A stretch of DNA of 64,000 nt from an uncultured Acidobacteriota bacterium (lineage in GTDB: Bacteria > Acidobacteriota > Vicinamibacteria > Vicinamibacterales > UBA8438): the NCBI GenBank assembly GCA_913043225.1, contig CAJWLU010000003.1, positions 32,001-96,000 on the forward strand, in the 5' to 3' direction. This document shows, one piece after another, positions 47,724 through 57,138 of this stretch. Under the pieces are notes generated by a model that saw nothing but the letters and a program-made list of their open reading frames with translations, was not told the origin of the DNA and did not search any database. Positions within the stretch are counted from its first letter, which is position 1. Every line of letters begins with the position of its first letter. Both the position numbers and the translations under genes were made by a program.

Positions 47724-50246
47724 CTATCGCATATACCCGAGACTGCGGAGCCGCTGGATCTCCTCGGGGCTCATGTCGGCCGCGGCGTCCTCGTCGGTAG
47801 GCAGTTTTCTAGCTTCGGCGTAGCGGAGCCGCTCGGCTAGCGCGTCCTTGAGCCGTTCGACGATCTCTGGGTGGTCGGCCGCCACGTCGTGGTGGTTGAT
47901 CGGGTCCTCGGCGTGGTTGTAGAGCTCCCATTCGGTCATCTCCTCGGGAGGGTCGACGTTCTGGACCAGTTTCCATCCGTCCAGCACCACCGCGTACTGA
48001 TCCACATCGTCGAGCGCACGCTCACGGTTGCTTGGTATCCGTTTCCGCTCGGTGAAGGCGGCCCGCTCGACCCAGCCAGTGGCTGCTGGATCCTCAGGGC
48101 TGGCTATGAGTGGAAGCAGACTCTGTCCCTGGACGAGCTCTGGCACAGGAACCCCGGCTAGCTCAAGTAGTGTTGGCATCATACTGAGCGTTTCGACCGT
48201 GTCCTCGACGATGAGCCCCGACGGCAGTACGCCGGGCCAGTGCATCAGCAGCGGCACGTTCACCGCTTCGCCATACACGGTGTTGCCATGCCAGCCCCAG
48301 CCATGGTCGAGAAACTCCTCTCCGTGGTCGCTGACGAAGGTTAGCAGCGTGTCCGCCGCGAGCCCCCGTTGTTCGAGTCCCTCCATGAGCCGGGCCACCT
48401 CCGCGTCCATGCCGCGGATCGACCCGTCGTACCAGTCGAGCTGGTGTGCGGCGTAGGCGTCGGCGTCGACACCGGCCGCTTCCAGTTCCTCCCGGTTGGG
48501 GAACCGTTCCGGATCGAAACGGTTGCCATCGGCGCGGCGGCGCTCCTCCCCGAGCGAGTCGTTCACTGCTTCGAGATCCGTCTCGTGTCGCTCTTTCCCG
48601 TCAGCGGCGGCATACAGCAGGTCGTACGGCGGATAGGGCTCGTAGCGATCGTGGGGGTCGAACGCATGAAGGAAGGCGAAGAACGGGACGTCGTGGCGGT
48701 CGTCCAGCCAGGTGAGGAACCGGTCGACGTAGGTGCGCGCGGTCTTCGAGCTGCTGTGGCCTAAGCTGTCGTTGTCGATCGACGCCCGTTCGTGCAGCAC
48801 CTCCATGCCCTGGTGCAGGTTGCTCAGCCGTCCAGTGAATGGCACCGACGAGGTGCCAAAGGTGGCGTAGCCAGCTCTGCGAAACGCCTCGGCCAGCGTC
48901 GTGGCGCTCGATGACAGCCGATCGGGTGGACCGAGGATGCCCGTGGACGTCGGGTAGACGCCGCTCATCAGCGACGGCACGGCCACCTTCGTCCAGGTGC
49001 CCGGTGAGATTGGGTCGGCAAAGCGGACCCCGTTCTCGGCGAGCGCTGTCAACGTCGGAGCCGTCTCGCGGCTATGCCCCCAGGCGTCGAGGTGGTCGTG
49101 GCGCAGGGTGTCGCCGAGGAAGATGATCACCCCCTGGGGCGCACGGGCGCCGCCGTCAGCGAGAGCCGCGCGCGCCTCGGTGATGTTGTCCGCATTCGGG
49201 ACGAACTCGGCGCCGCTGTTGCGTACCACCGGTGTTCCCCAGTAGCCGACAAGCCCGTCTTCGGCGCCGTCGAGAGACAGCGTGAGCGTTATGTCCTGTC
49301 CATTGAATGCCGACAGATCGATCCGCTGCGGCTCCCATCGTCTCGGCAGGGTCACGGTGCGCTGCCAGATCGAAGCGTCGTCGACCCTGACGTCGAAGGT
49401 GACCGGATGGTCCTCGACGGTCCCGACCGCCAGATCGAGCCAGGGGGTGTCGGGCAGCGTGAGGTCGAGCGACACCGACTCCGGCGCGCGGCTCACGATC
49501 GTCTCCCGGAAGACGTTGTCGAGCCCCTGCCAGCCTGGCCCCGAGGGGATTGACCGCAGGTGCTCCTTCTGTGCGATCAGCCGGACCGATTCGATGGCGA
49601 ACTCCGCATCGGCGACGTCAGTCGGCCGGATCAGGATGTTACGGGTGCCCCCGGCCGAGAACGACTGCCCGGGGTTCTCGAGTCGGTAGGTGTGAAATTC
49701 GTCGCCCGGTTCCAGATCGGCGTGCAGCGGATCCTCGGCCGACTCACGGACGCTTCGGAGGGTCCGCTCCTCGTCGAGTTTGCTGGCCCCGCTGAACCGC
49801 ACGCCGAGCTGCGAGCCGGCCGACACCCGCATGCTGATTTCGACCGCATGCAGAATGTCGTTCTCGTCGAGTACGTTCTCTGGACGCACGGCGTGGAGGA
49901 CCGGAAGCTCGCCGGTTGTGCCCACCAGTTGACCGTCGACGACCTCCAGGTCCTCGACGTCGTTCAGTGCCCGCCAGCCGAACGTGTCGGTCAGGTCTTC
50001 CGGCTCTTCGGCGTTCTCTTCCTCGTCGTCGTCCTCGGACGGCTCGGGAGGCTCTGGTAGCCCGATTGTGCCGTTGCCGTCGAACCGCCATCCGGTCGGT
50101 TCGCCGGGCAGGACGTCTACCGTGCCGCTGACGGTGGCGTCGTCGAACACGTCGACGATCCTCAGTGCGATGCCGTCTGGCGCAGTGCCGCACGAGGCGA
50201 GAGCAATTGTGCCGAGGGCAGCGGTGAGGGCATGCAGCGCGCGCAT
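47724..50246 (-). CDS. Sulfatase-like (alkaline phosphatase superfamily) lipoprotein with a long N-terminal extension
   Basis: LASC lipobox; DTLRHDHL, DPHDRY, SDHGEEF and LRSLGY; WTKVAVPS in place of CxPxR. Confidence 0.8.
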   Translation of the reverse strand: MRALHALTAALGTIALASCGTAPDGIALRIVDVFDDATVSGTVDVLPGEPTGWRFDGNGTIGLPEPPEPSEDDDEEENAEEPEDLTDTFGWRALNDVEDLEVVDGQLVGTTGELPVLHAVRPENVLDENDILHAVEISMRVSAGSQLGVRFSGASKLDEERTLRSVRESAEDPLHADLEPGDEFHTYRLENPGQSFSAGGTRNILIRPTDVADAEFAIESVRLIAQKEHLRSIPSGPGWQGLDNVFRETIVSRAPESVSLDLTLPDTPWLDLAVGTVEDHPVTFDVRVDDASIWQRTVTLPRRWEPQRIDLSAFNGQDITLTLSLDGAEDGLVGYWGTPVVRNSGAEFVPNADNITEARAALADGGARAPQGVIIFLGDTLRHDHLDAWGHSRETAPTLTALAENGVRFADPISPGTWTKVAVPSLMSGVYPTSTGILGPPDRLSSSATTLAEAFRRAGYATFGTSSVPFTGRLSNLHQGMEVLHERASIDNDSLGHSSSKTARTYVDRFLTWLDDRHDVPFFAFLHAFDPHDRYEPYPPYDLLYAAADGKERHETDLEAVNDSLGEERRRADGNRFDPERFPNREELEAAGVDADAYAAHQLDWYDGSIRGMDAEVARLMEGLEQRGLAADTLLTFVSDHGEEFLDHGWGWHGNTVYGEAVNVPLLMHWPGVLPSGLIVEDTVETLSMMPTLLELAGVPVPELVQGQSLLPLIASPEDPAATGWVERAAFTERKRIPSNRERALDDVDQYAVVLDGWKLVQNVDPPEEMTEWELYNHAEDPINHHDVAADHPEIVERLKDALAERLRYAEARKLPTDEDAAADMSPEEIQRLRSLGYMR

Positions 50247-50586
50247 CGGGCTTTCTCCTGATCCTTCAGCCGAGTGAGTTCCAATCATACAGGTCGTGTG
50301 GTGCGAGCTGAGGGTTGCGGCTCGAAGAACAAGAACCGAGTCGCGTCGCGTGGTCGGTCATACAATGGGCGTTCCTGGTGCTCATTGCTCATGAACACGC
50401 GCCGACGGGGCGTCTCGCTGCTGCCGAGGCGCTGCGACGGTTCGGGTTGTCGGAGGACGCCGACGCCGCGTGAACGCGCAGGGGTTCGGCGGCAGTTTCG
50501 CATCTACGTGCCGCAGCTACTCGACAAGAGCCTGGCCGACCTGGATTAGGCGCGACGCTCACCACTCACACCGGAGGAATACATCT

Positions 50587-51672
50587 ATGTCGCTCGATCA
50601 CTACGTTACGCTAGGCCGTTCAGGTCTTCGGGTAAGCCAGTTTTGTCTCGGTGCCATGACCTTCGGCGAAGACTGGGGCTGGGGCTCCAGCGTCGACGAT
50701 TCCGAGGCCATCCTGACCCGGTTCGTTGATGCCGGAGGCAACTTCATTGACACTGCCAACGCCTACACCAAGGGACATTCGGAGCGGATCATCGGCGACT
50801 ACATCCGAAGCCGCGACGTGCGACGCGACCAGCTGGTGATCGCGACCAAGTTCTTTGCCAACCTCTATCCGTCGGATCCGAACGGTGGCGGCGCGAACCG
50901 GAAGTCGGTGGTGGCCGCCTGCGAGCAGTCCCTTCGACGTCTTCAGACTGACTACATTGATCTGTACTGGATGCACCTGTGGGATCGCTTCACGCCGATC
51001 GAAGAGACGATGCGTGCACTCGACGATCTCGTGGCGGCGGGCAAAGTGCGCTATGTCGGTTTCTCTGACACGCCTGCCTGGAAGGTAGCGCAGGCGCAGG
51101 TCACCGCAAGCTTCCGCGGTTGGGCACCGTTGGTGGCGCTGCAGATCGAGTACTCGTTGATCGAACGCACCGTCGAGGGCGAGCTGATTCCGATGGCCCA
51201 GGAGCTCGGCCTGGGCGTCACGCCGTGGTCGCCGCTCCGCGGTGGCGTGTTGTCGGGCAAGTACACACGTGAGAACAAAGATACGGTCGACCCCGGTCGC
51301 GGCGAGCGGGTGAGGATGTTCCTGACCGAGCGCACGTTTGGGATCATCGACGAGCTGATCCGGATTGCGGGCGAGCTCGGCACCAATCCGGCAGCGGTGG
51401 CGCTGGCGTGGGTACAGTCGCGCCCGGGCGTCGATGCCACCATCATCGGGGCGCGGACGCTGTCTCAGCTGGAAGGCAACCTGGCGGGTTTGGAGGTGAC
51501 GCTCGACGAGACCCAGGTTGTGGCGCTCGACGATGCTTCGACGCCGACTCACAGCTTCCCCACGCCGTTTCTGCAGATGGCGCCGACCATCATGCACGCG
51601 GGCGCTACGGTCGACGGCGTGCCGTCGGAACCGTGGCCGATGGCGCCCAACAACGACGAGGAGCGGTACTAG
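50587..51672 (+). CDS. Aldo/keto reductase
   Basis: LGRSGLRVS, IDTANAY, SLRRLQTDYIDLY and PWSPL; GGAGG RBS. Confidence 0.93.
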   Translation: MSLDHYVTLGRSGLRVSQFCLGAMTFGEDWGWGSSVDDSEAILTRFVDAGGNFIDTANAYTKGHSERIIGDYIRSRDVRRDQLVIATKFFANLYPSDPNGGGANRKSVVAACEQSLRRLQTDYIDLYWMHLWDRFTPIEETMRALDDLVAAGKVRYVGFSDTPAWKVAQAQVTASFRGWAPLVALQIEYSLIERTVEGELIPMAQELGLGVTPWSPLRGGVLSGKYTRENKDTVDPGRGERVRMFLTERTFGIIDELIRIAGELGTNPAAVALAWVQSRPGVDATIIGARTLSQLEGNLAGLEVTLDETQVVALDDASTPTHSFPTPFLQMAPTIMHAGATVDGVPSEPWPMAPNNDEERY

Positions 51673-51674
51673 TG

Positions 51675-53252
51675 TTAGGGCTGGTCGGTGGCGCCGAGCG
51701 GGACGTCGCGCAGTCGTTCCTGCACGGTGCCCGCGATTCCGAGACTGGTGTCGGCGCCGAGCCGCGCCAGCAACTCAGCGGTTTCCGGCCAGCTCTGGAA
51801 CTGGAACGACTGCTTGGCTCCCTCCGCCATTCGGTAGGCGGTGCGGCCGCGGAAGTCGCGGGCATCGATGTCGGCACCCTGAGCGACGAGATACTCTACG
51901 ACCTCATTCAGACCACGGAAGGTCGCGCCGTGTAACGCCGTAAAGTCGGCCTCGTTGGTGGCGTTGACGTCCGCCCCCGCCTCTAGCAGGAACGCCACGG
52001 CCGCCTCAGCACTACGCGCCCGCACCCCGCGTGGTTCGCGCGGCGTGTAGGTCGCCTTGCCCAGTCCGGCTGCCGCCATCAACGGGGTGGTGCCGTCGTC
52101 AGTGGCCAGGGTGAGATTGGCGCCGCCGTCAATCAGGGCCTGCAGCACCTCGACGCTGCTCGACTGGAAGCTTGGGATCACGCTGTAGATCAGGCTGGGG
52201 GCGCCATTCATCTCGAAGGCGGCGACCCAGAGCGGCGTGGCGCCGCGCAGATCACCGGTACCCGGAGCAAACGGTTCAAAGGCGCCCTTCTTGGGATAGC
52301 CGATGTAGAACATCAGCATCGCCGAACTCGTGATCCGCGCGTTCGGCTCGGCGCCCCGGGAGAGCAGATCCTGGACGAGGCCAAGCCGGGCGTCGGCGCG
52401 AAGCCGACCGCCTCCGATCGGGCCGTGGCGCCGGGTCCACTCTGAGACCCAGGTCGACACCGAGCCGGCGGCTGCGTGGAGGGCGCTGAAGCCGCCCATC
52501 CAGCTGTTCGCGTCGGCGCCCTCTTCGAGCAGGAAGTGCGCGAATGGCGCTCGGCCTGCTGCGATGGCGAATGCCAGGGCGTGAGTGCCGTCCCCGCTGG
52601 GGGTGTTGACGTCGACGCCTGCCTCGAGGAGCGCTCGACCCATCTCGATGTCACCGGTGCGCGCGGCGAACATCAACGGTGTGAAGCCGGGGTTCGCCTC
52701 GATCGTGGGATCGGCGCCGCGCGCTAGCAGCAGACGCACGATCTTATGGTGGGGTGCCGCCAGCGCCCACATCAGCGCGGTGCTGTTGGTGTCGCGCGTT
52801 ACCGCGTTCACCTGCGCCCGGTGGTCGAGCAGCAGCTGGACTAGCTCGACGTTGCCGGTGTGGGAGGCGGTCATCAGCGGCGTCAGTCCGCTGGTTTGCA
52901 CCGCGGCTGCGTTGGCCCCGGCGTTGAGGAGCGTCGTGGCCATGGCCACGCTCGCGTTCTCGGCGGCCCGCTCCAGCGGGGTCACCCCGTGGTCGTCGGC
53001 CAGGTTTGGGTCGGCTCCGGCCGCCAGCAGGCCAGCTGCCGCGTCGAGAGCGTTCCAGTGTGCAGCCCAGAGCAACCCTGTAGTGCCGTCGGCGCGAGCG
53101 ACGTCGGGGTTGCCCCCCTCGTCGAGCAACGTCTGCACCTCGGCCCATTGCTGGTCGGCGGCAAACTGGACGAGGGCGGGGGTCTGGGCCGTCACCGGCG
53201 TGGCGACCGTGACGACGGCGAGCGAGAGAAGCGCGGAAAGCAGGCGAGGCAT
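51675..53252 (-). CDS. Exported ankyrin-repeat protein (cassette 2, divergent)
   Basis: Multiple ankyrin repeats; signal peptide ending VTA-Q. Confidence 0.9.
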   Translation of the reverse strand: MPRLLSALLSLAVVTVATPVTAQTPALVQFAADQQWAEVQTLLDEGGNPDVARADGTTGLLWAAHWNALDAAAGLLAAGADPNLADDHGVTPLERAAENASVAMATTLLNAGANAAAVQTSGLTPLMTASHTGNVELVQLLLDHRAQVNAVTRDTNSTALMWALAAPHHKIVRLLLARGADPTIEANPGFTPLMFAARTGDIEMGRALLEAGVDVNTPSGDGTHALAFAIAAGRAPFAHFLLEEGADANSWMGGFSALHAAAGSVSTWVSEWTRRHGPIGGGRLRADARLGLVQDLLSRGAEPNARITSSAMLMFYIGYPKKGAFEPFAPGTGDLRGATPLWVAAFEMNGAPSLIYSVIPSFQSSSVEVLQALIDGGANLTLATDDGTTPLMAAAGLGKATYTPREPRGVRARSAEAAVAFLLEAGADVNATNEADFTALHGATFRGLNEVVEYLVAQGADIDARDFRGRTAYRMAEGAKQSFQFQSWPETAELLARLGADTSLGIAGTVQERLRDVPLGATDQP

Positions 53253-53378
53253 GGGTCCCTCGTTATTGGTTGGAGCTTCCGGCACTATAGCGCAGACTTG
53301 CCGTGGGGGGCACGCTGATCGGCAGGAGCTGAGGTAACATACGCGAGCTACCTCGTCAATCTAGGGATAGGGAGCGCG

Positions 53379-55739
53379 ATGCAGCTGGTATGGCGAACGG
53401 CCGTGCGAAGCGTCTGGACGTTGGGTGTGGCGGTATGTGTCCTCGCCGCCGTCGCACCGGCGCGGGCGCAGCTGGCGACCTCCGACGGCCAGGGGTTGGT
53501 CCAGGACTACTGCGTACGCTGCCACAATGATCGCCGACTCACGGGCGGACTGTCGCTCGAGGGGGTTCAGGCGGACGATCCAACCGCGCACGCGGAGATT
53601 TGGGAGAAGGTCCTCCGGAAGCTGCAGGCCCGCTCCATGCCGCCGGTCGGATCGCCTCGTCCAGACGAGGTTGTTTACGCCCAGGTGATCCGTGCGCTGG
53701 AGCTCGCGATCGATCGCGAGGCGGATGCCACCCCGCGCCCAGGTCGAACGGCCTCTTTCCATCGACTCAGTCGCACCGAGTATCAGCACGCCGTCCGCGA
53801 TCTGCTAGATCTCGAGGTGGACGTGGGTGGCTGGTTGCCGGGAGACGACGCAGCCTATGGCTTCGACAACAACGGCGACGTGCTGTCGATGTCGCCCGTG
53901 CTGCTCGATGCGTATCTCACGGCGGCAAGCCGGATCAGCCGTCTGGCCGTCGGCGATATGTCGGCCGGCGCCGATGTGGCCAGCTATCGGTTCTCGAAGT
54001 CGCTCCTGCAAGAAAACCGGATCGAGGGGCTGCCGTTCGGTTCGCGTGGTGGGGGTGCCGTGCGCCATTACTTCCCGCTGAACGGGGAGTATGTGCTGAA
54101 ACTCGATCTGGCCGGTCCGAGGACGCAGTCCGAGACCATCGAGATTCGCCTCGACGGCGTCAAAGTCGGCGAGGTTGCCTCCAACGCTCGCCCACCCTTT
54201 GGTGGCGAGGCGATAGGCACTCAGGTGCGGATCCAGGTCGAGGCGGGCGCGCATACTCTCGGTGTCGTTTTCCTCAAGAGAATGCTCGCCCCCGAGGGCC
54301 GCTTCCCCGCCTACTTCCCGTGGGCCAACAGTGCGGTCTTCTCGACCACTTTTGGAGCCAAGACGTATCTCCATCTGGACGGGATCGAGATCACGGGGCC
54401 GTTTGAGCCGACCGGTCTCGGCGATACACCGAGTCGTCGCCGCATCTTCAGCTGTCGGCCCGGAGGCGACGTTCAAGCCGAGGTGTGCGCCCGCAGCATC
54501 TTCGAGCGGCTGGCCCGCCGCGCCTACCGACGCCCAGCGACTGAGGACGACCTCGAGGTGCTGCTCAGCTTCTACCGCGACGGGCGCGCCGAGGGCGGGA
54601 GCTTCGACGATGGCGTCCGTGTTGCCCTCAGCCGTCTTCTGGTCGACCCCGACTTCTTGTATCGGGCCGAGCTGGATCCGCCGGGCGTCACCCTGCCGTA
54701 TCGGTTGTCCGATCTAGAGCTGGCATCCCGGCTGTCGTTCTTCCTGTGGAGCAGCCTGCCGGACGACGAGCTGCTCTCAGTGGCTGAAGAGGGACGGCTG
54801 TCGTCGCCTGCGGAGTTGGCAACTCAGGTACGACGGATGCTGGCAGACGAACGGGCCACGGCACTCGTCTCCGATTTCGCCGCACAGTGGCTATTTCTGC
54901 GCAATCTGCGGATGGTCTCACCGGACCAGTTCCAGTTCCCGGAGTGGGACGACGACCTCCGGGCGGCGATGGCGCGTGAGACTGAGCTCTTCCTCGATCA
55001 CCAGAGACGCGAGAATCGTCCGGTGGCCGAGCTGCTGATCGCCGACTACACGTTCGTCAATGAGCGCCTGGCTCGCCACTACGGGCTCGACGACATCTAC
55101 GGCACGCAGTTCCGACAGGTGGAGCTCTCGAACCCGCGACGAGCTGGCCTGCTCGGGCACGCGAGCATCCTGACGGTAACGTCGATGCCGAATCGCACGT
55201 CGCCGGTGCTCAGGGGGAAGTGGTTGCTCGAGAATCTGCTGGGCATGCCGCCGCCCGCGCCGCCGCCTGACATACCCGAGCTGCCAGAGAACGAGCGGGG
55301 CGACGCGCCACGTTCGATTCGCGAGCGGCTCGAGCAGCATCGCGAGAACCCGGTCTGCGCGAGCTGCCACGCCACGATGGATCCGCTGGGCTTCGCGTTG
55401 GAGCCGTTCGACGCCATCGGACGTTGGCGCACGCGCGATGATGGTCTGCCGGTGGATGCGCGCGGCGCACTGGTCGATGGCACGGAGATTGACGGCCCTC
55501 GTGGACTGCGCGAGATGCTCGTCACCCGACAGGACGAGTTCGTGCGGACGTTCATCGAGAAGCTGATGACCTTCGCGCTCGGTCGTGGCGTCGAGTACTA
55601 CGACATGCCGGCCGTCCGGAAGATCCTGCGCGAGACCGCCGATCAGGGTCACACGTGGGAGTCGGTGATTCTCGGCATCGCGAACAGCGTACCGTTCAAG
55701 ATGCGGGAGCGACGCGACGGTGCCATCCCGGTCAACTGA
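53379..55739 (+). CDS. DUF1592-type di-heme c protein (cassette 2)
   Basis: YCVRCH...MPP; ELASRLSFFLW; CASCH..MDPLGF. Confidence 0.9.
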   Translation: MQLVWRTAVRSVWTLGVAVCVLAAVAPARAQLATSDGQGLVQDYCVRCHNDRRLTGGLSLEGVQADDPTAHAEIWEKVLRKLQARSMPPVGSPRPDEVVYAQVIRALELAIDREADATPRPGRTASFHRLSRTEYQHAVRDLLDLEVDVGGWLPGDDAAYGFDNNGDVLSMSPVLLDAYLTAASRISRLAVGDMSAGADVASYRFSKSLLQENRIEGLPFGSRGGGAVRHYFPLNGEYVLKLDLAGPRTQSETIEIRLDGVKVGEVASNARPPFGGEAIGTQVRIQVEAGAHTLGVVFLKRMLAPEGRFPAYFPWANSAVFSTTFGAKTYLHLDGIEITGPFEPTGLGDTPSRRRIFSCRPGGDVQAEVCARSIFERLARRAYRRPATEDDLEVLLSFYRDGRAEGGSFDDGVRVALSRLLVDPDFLYRAELDPPGVTLPYRLSDLELASRLSFFLWSSLPDDELLSVAEEGRLSSPAELATQVRRMLADERATALVSDFAAQWLFLRNLRMVSPDQFQFPEWDDDLRAAMARETELFLDHQRRENRPVAELLIADYTFVNERLARHYGLDDIYGTQFRQVELSNPRRAGLLGHASILTVTSMPNRTSPVLRGKWLLENLLGMPPPAPPPDIPELPENERGDAPRSIRERLEQHRENPVCASCHATMDPLGFALEPFDAIGRWRTRDDGLPVDARGALVDGTEIDGPRGLREMLVTRQDEFVRTFIEKLMTFALGRGVEYYDMPAVRKILRETADQGHTWESVILGIANSVPFKMRERRDGAIPVN

Positions 55740-55785
55740 CCGGAGCGAGTGAACATCAAGGGTCGGGTAGCTACAGGAGTCCCTC

Positions 55786-57138
55786 ATGTACATCACTAGC
55801 AAGGCGTTGCCACGACGCACGGTGCTCCGTGGCCTGGGCGCCACCATCGGGTTGCCGCTCCTCAACAGCATGGTGCCGGCGATGACCGCTCTGGCGCGGA
55901 CCGCCGCCGATCCGGTCAGGCGTTTCGCGACCGTGTATGTCGGTAATGGCGCCGCGGTTGGCTATTTCACCCCCGAGCAGGAGGGGGCTGGCTACGAGCT
56001 GACACCGATTCTTGAGCCGTTGGCACCGATGCGCGATCGGGCGCTGGTGCTCACCGGCATCGACAATCCACCCGCACTAGCCCTCGAGGGCGAGCCACGT
56101 GGTGGACATGGCCGGATCCCGTCTGCGTTCATGAGCGGCATTCACGCCAAGCCCACCATCGGCGCCGACTATCAGTCCGGCATCACGATCGATCAGATCG
56201 CTGCCAACCATCTTGGAGACGACACCCAGCTGCGGTCTCTCGAGCTGTCCATGGACTCGCCGGAGTTTGGCGGGACCTGCGACACGGGTTTTGCCTGCGT
56301 CTACACCAACACGCTGTCCTGGCGCGGACCGACCACGCCGCAGCCGATGCAGAACAACCCGCGGCTGGTGTTCGAGCGCATGTTCGGCGAGGGTGGGACC
56401 ACCGATCCTGCCGTGCGCCTGGCCCGCTGGCGGCAGCGGGCCAGCATTCTCGACTCGGTGCGAGACAAGGTCGACGGGTTGGGAGGCACCCTGGATCCGG
56501 AGGACCGAGCCAAGCTCGACGAGTATCTCGAGGCGATTCGCAACATTGAGCGGCGCATCCAACTGGCCGAGGAGCAGAGCGACCGGGAGATTCCCGAGGT
56601 GATCCAGCCGGCCGGGGTGCCTGCGACTTTTGCCGAGCACGCGGAGCTGATGTTTGATCTTCAGGTGCTGGCCTTCCAGGCCGACCTCACGCGCGTTACC
56701 ACGTTCATGCTCGCTCGCGAGCTGAGCGGCCGCGCCTACCCCGAGATCGGGGTATCTGAGGGCTTCCATGCCATTTCGCATCACGGCAACAACCCGGAGA
56801 AGATCGCTGACCAGGCCAAGATCAACGCCTATCACACGGCTAAGGTCGTCTACTTCCTTGAGCGGCTGCAGTCGGTGCCTGACGGCGACGGGACGCTACT
56901 TGACAACAGTCTGGTGCTGTTCGGCAGCGGGATGGGAAACAGCAACGAGCACGATCCACGTCAGCTTCCGCTAGTCCTGGCCGGCGGGGTGGGCGGTCGT
57001 CTGAAGGGTGGACGCCACATTCGCTATCCGTCGGGTACGAGGCTGACCAACCTGCACATGACGTTGCTCGCCAAGCTCGGCGTCCCGGTCGAGTCGATCG
57101 GCGACAGTACCGGCCATCTCGAGGTGGGTCTGCTGTGA
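55786..57138 (+). CDS. DUF1552 (HXXSHH) Tat-exported protein (cassette 2)
   Basis: LPRRTVLRG; FHAISHH; GRLKGGRH. Confidence 0.9.
   Translation: MYITSKALPRRTVLRGLGATIGLPLLNSMVPAMTALARTAADPVRRFATVYVGNGAAVGYFTPEQEGAGYELTPILEPLAPMRDRALVLTGIDNPPALALEGEPRGGHGRIPSAFMSGIHAKPTIGADYQSGITIDQIAANHLGDDTQLRSLELSMDSPEFGGTCDTGFACVYTNTLSWRGPTTPQPMQNNPRLVFERMFGEGGTTDPAVRLARWRQRASILDSVRDKVDGLGGTLDPEDRAKLDEYLEAIRNIERRIQLAEEQSDREIPEVIQPAGVPATFAEHAELMFDLQVLAFQADLTRVTTFMLARELSGRAYPEIGVSEGFHAISHHGNNPEKIADQAKINAYHTAKVVYFLERLQSVPDGDGTLLDNSLVLFGSGMGNSNEHDPRQLPLVLAGGVGGRLKGGRHIRYPSGTRLTNLHMTLLAKLGVPVESIGDSTGHLEVGLL

Noticed and set aside
50274..50549. Small ORF ending RQFRIYVPQLLDKSLADLD
   Set aside because: No recognisable family, RBS or consistent frame; it may be a remnant but I cannot support that
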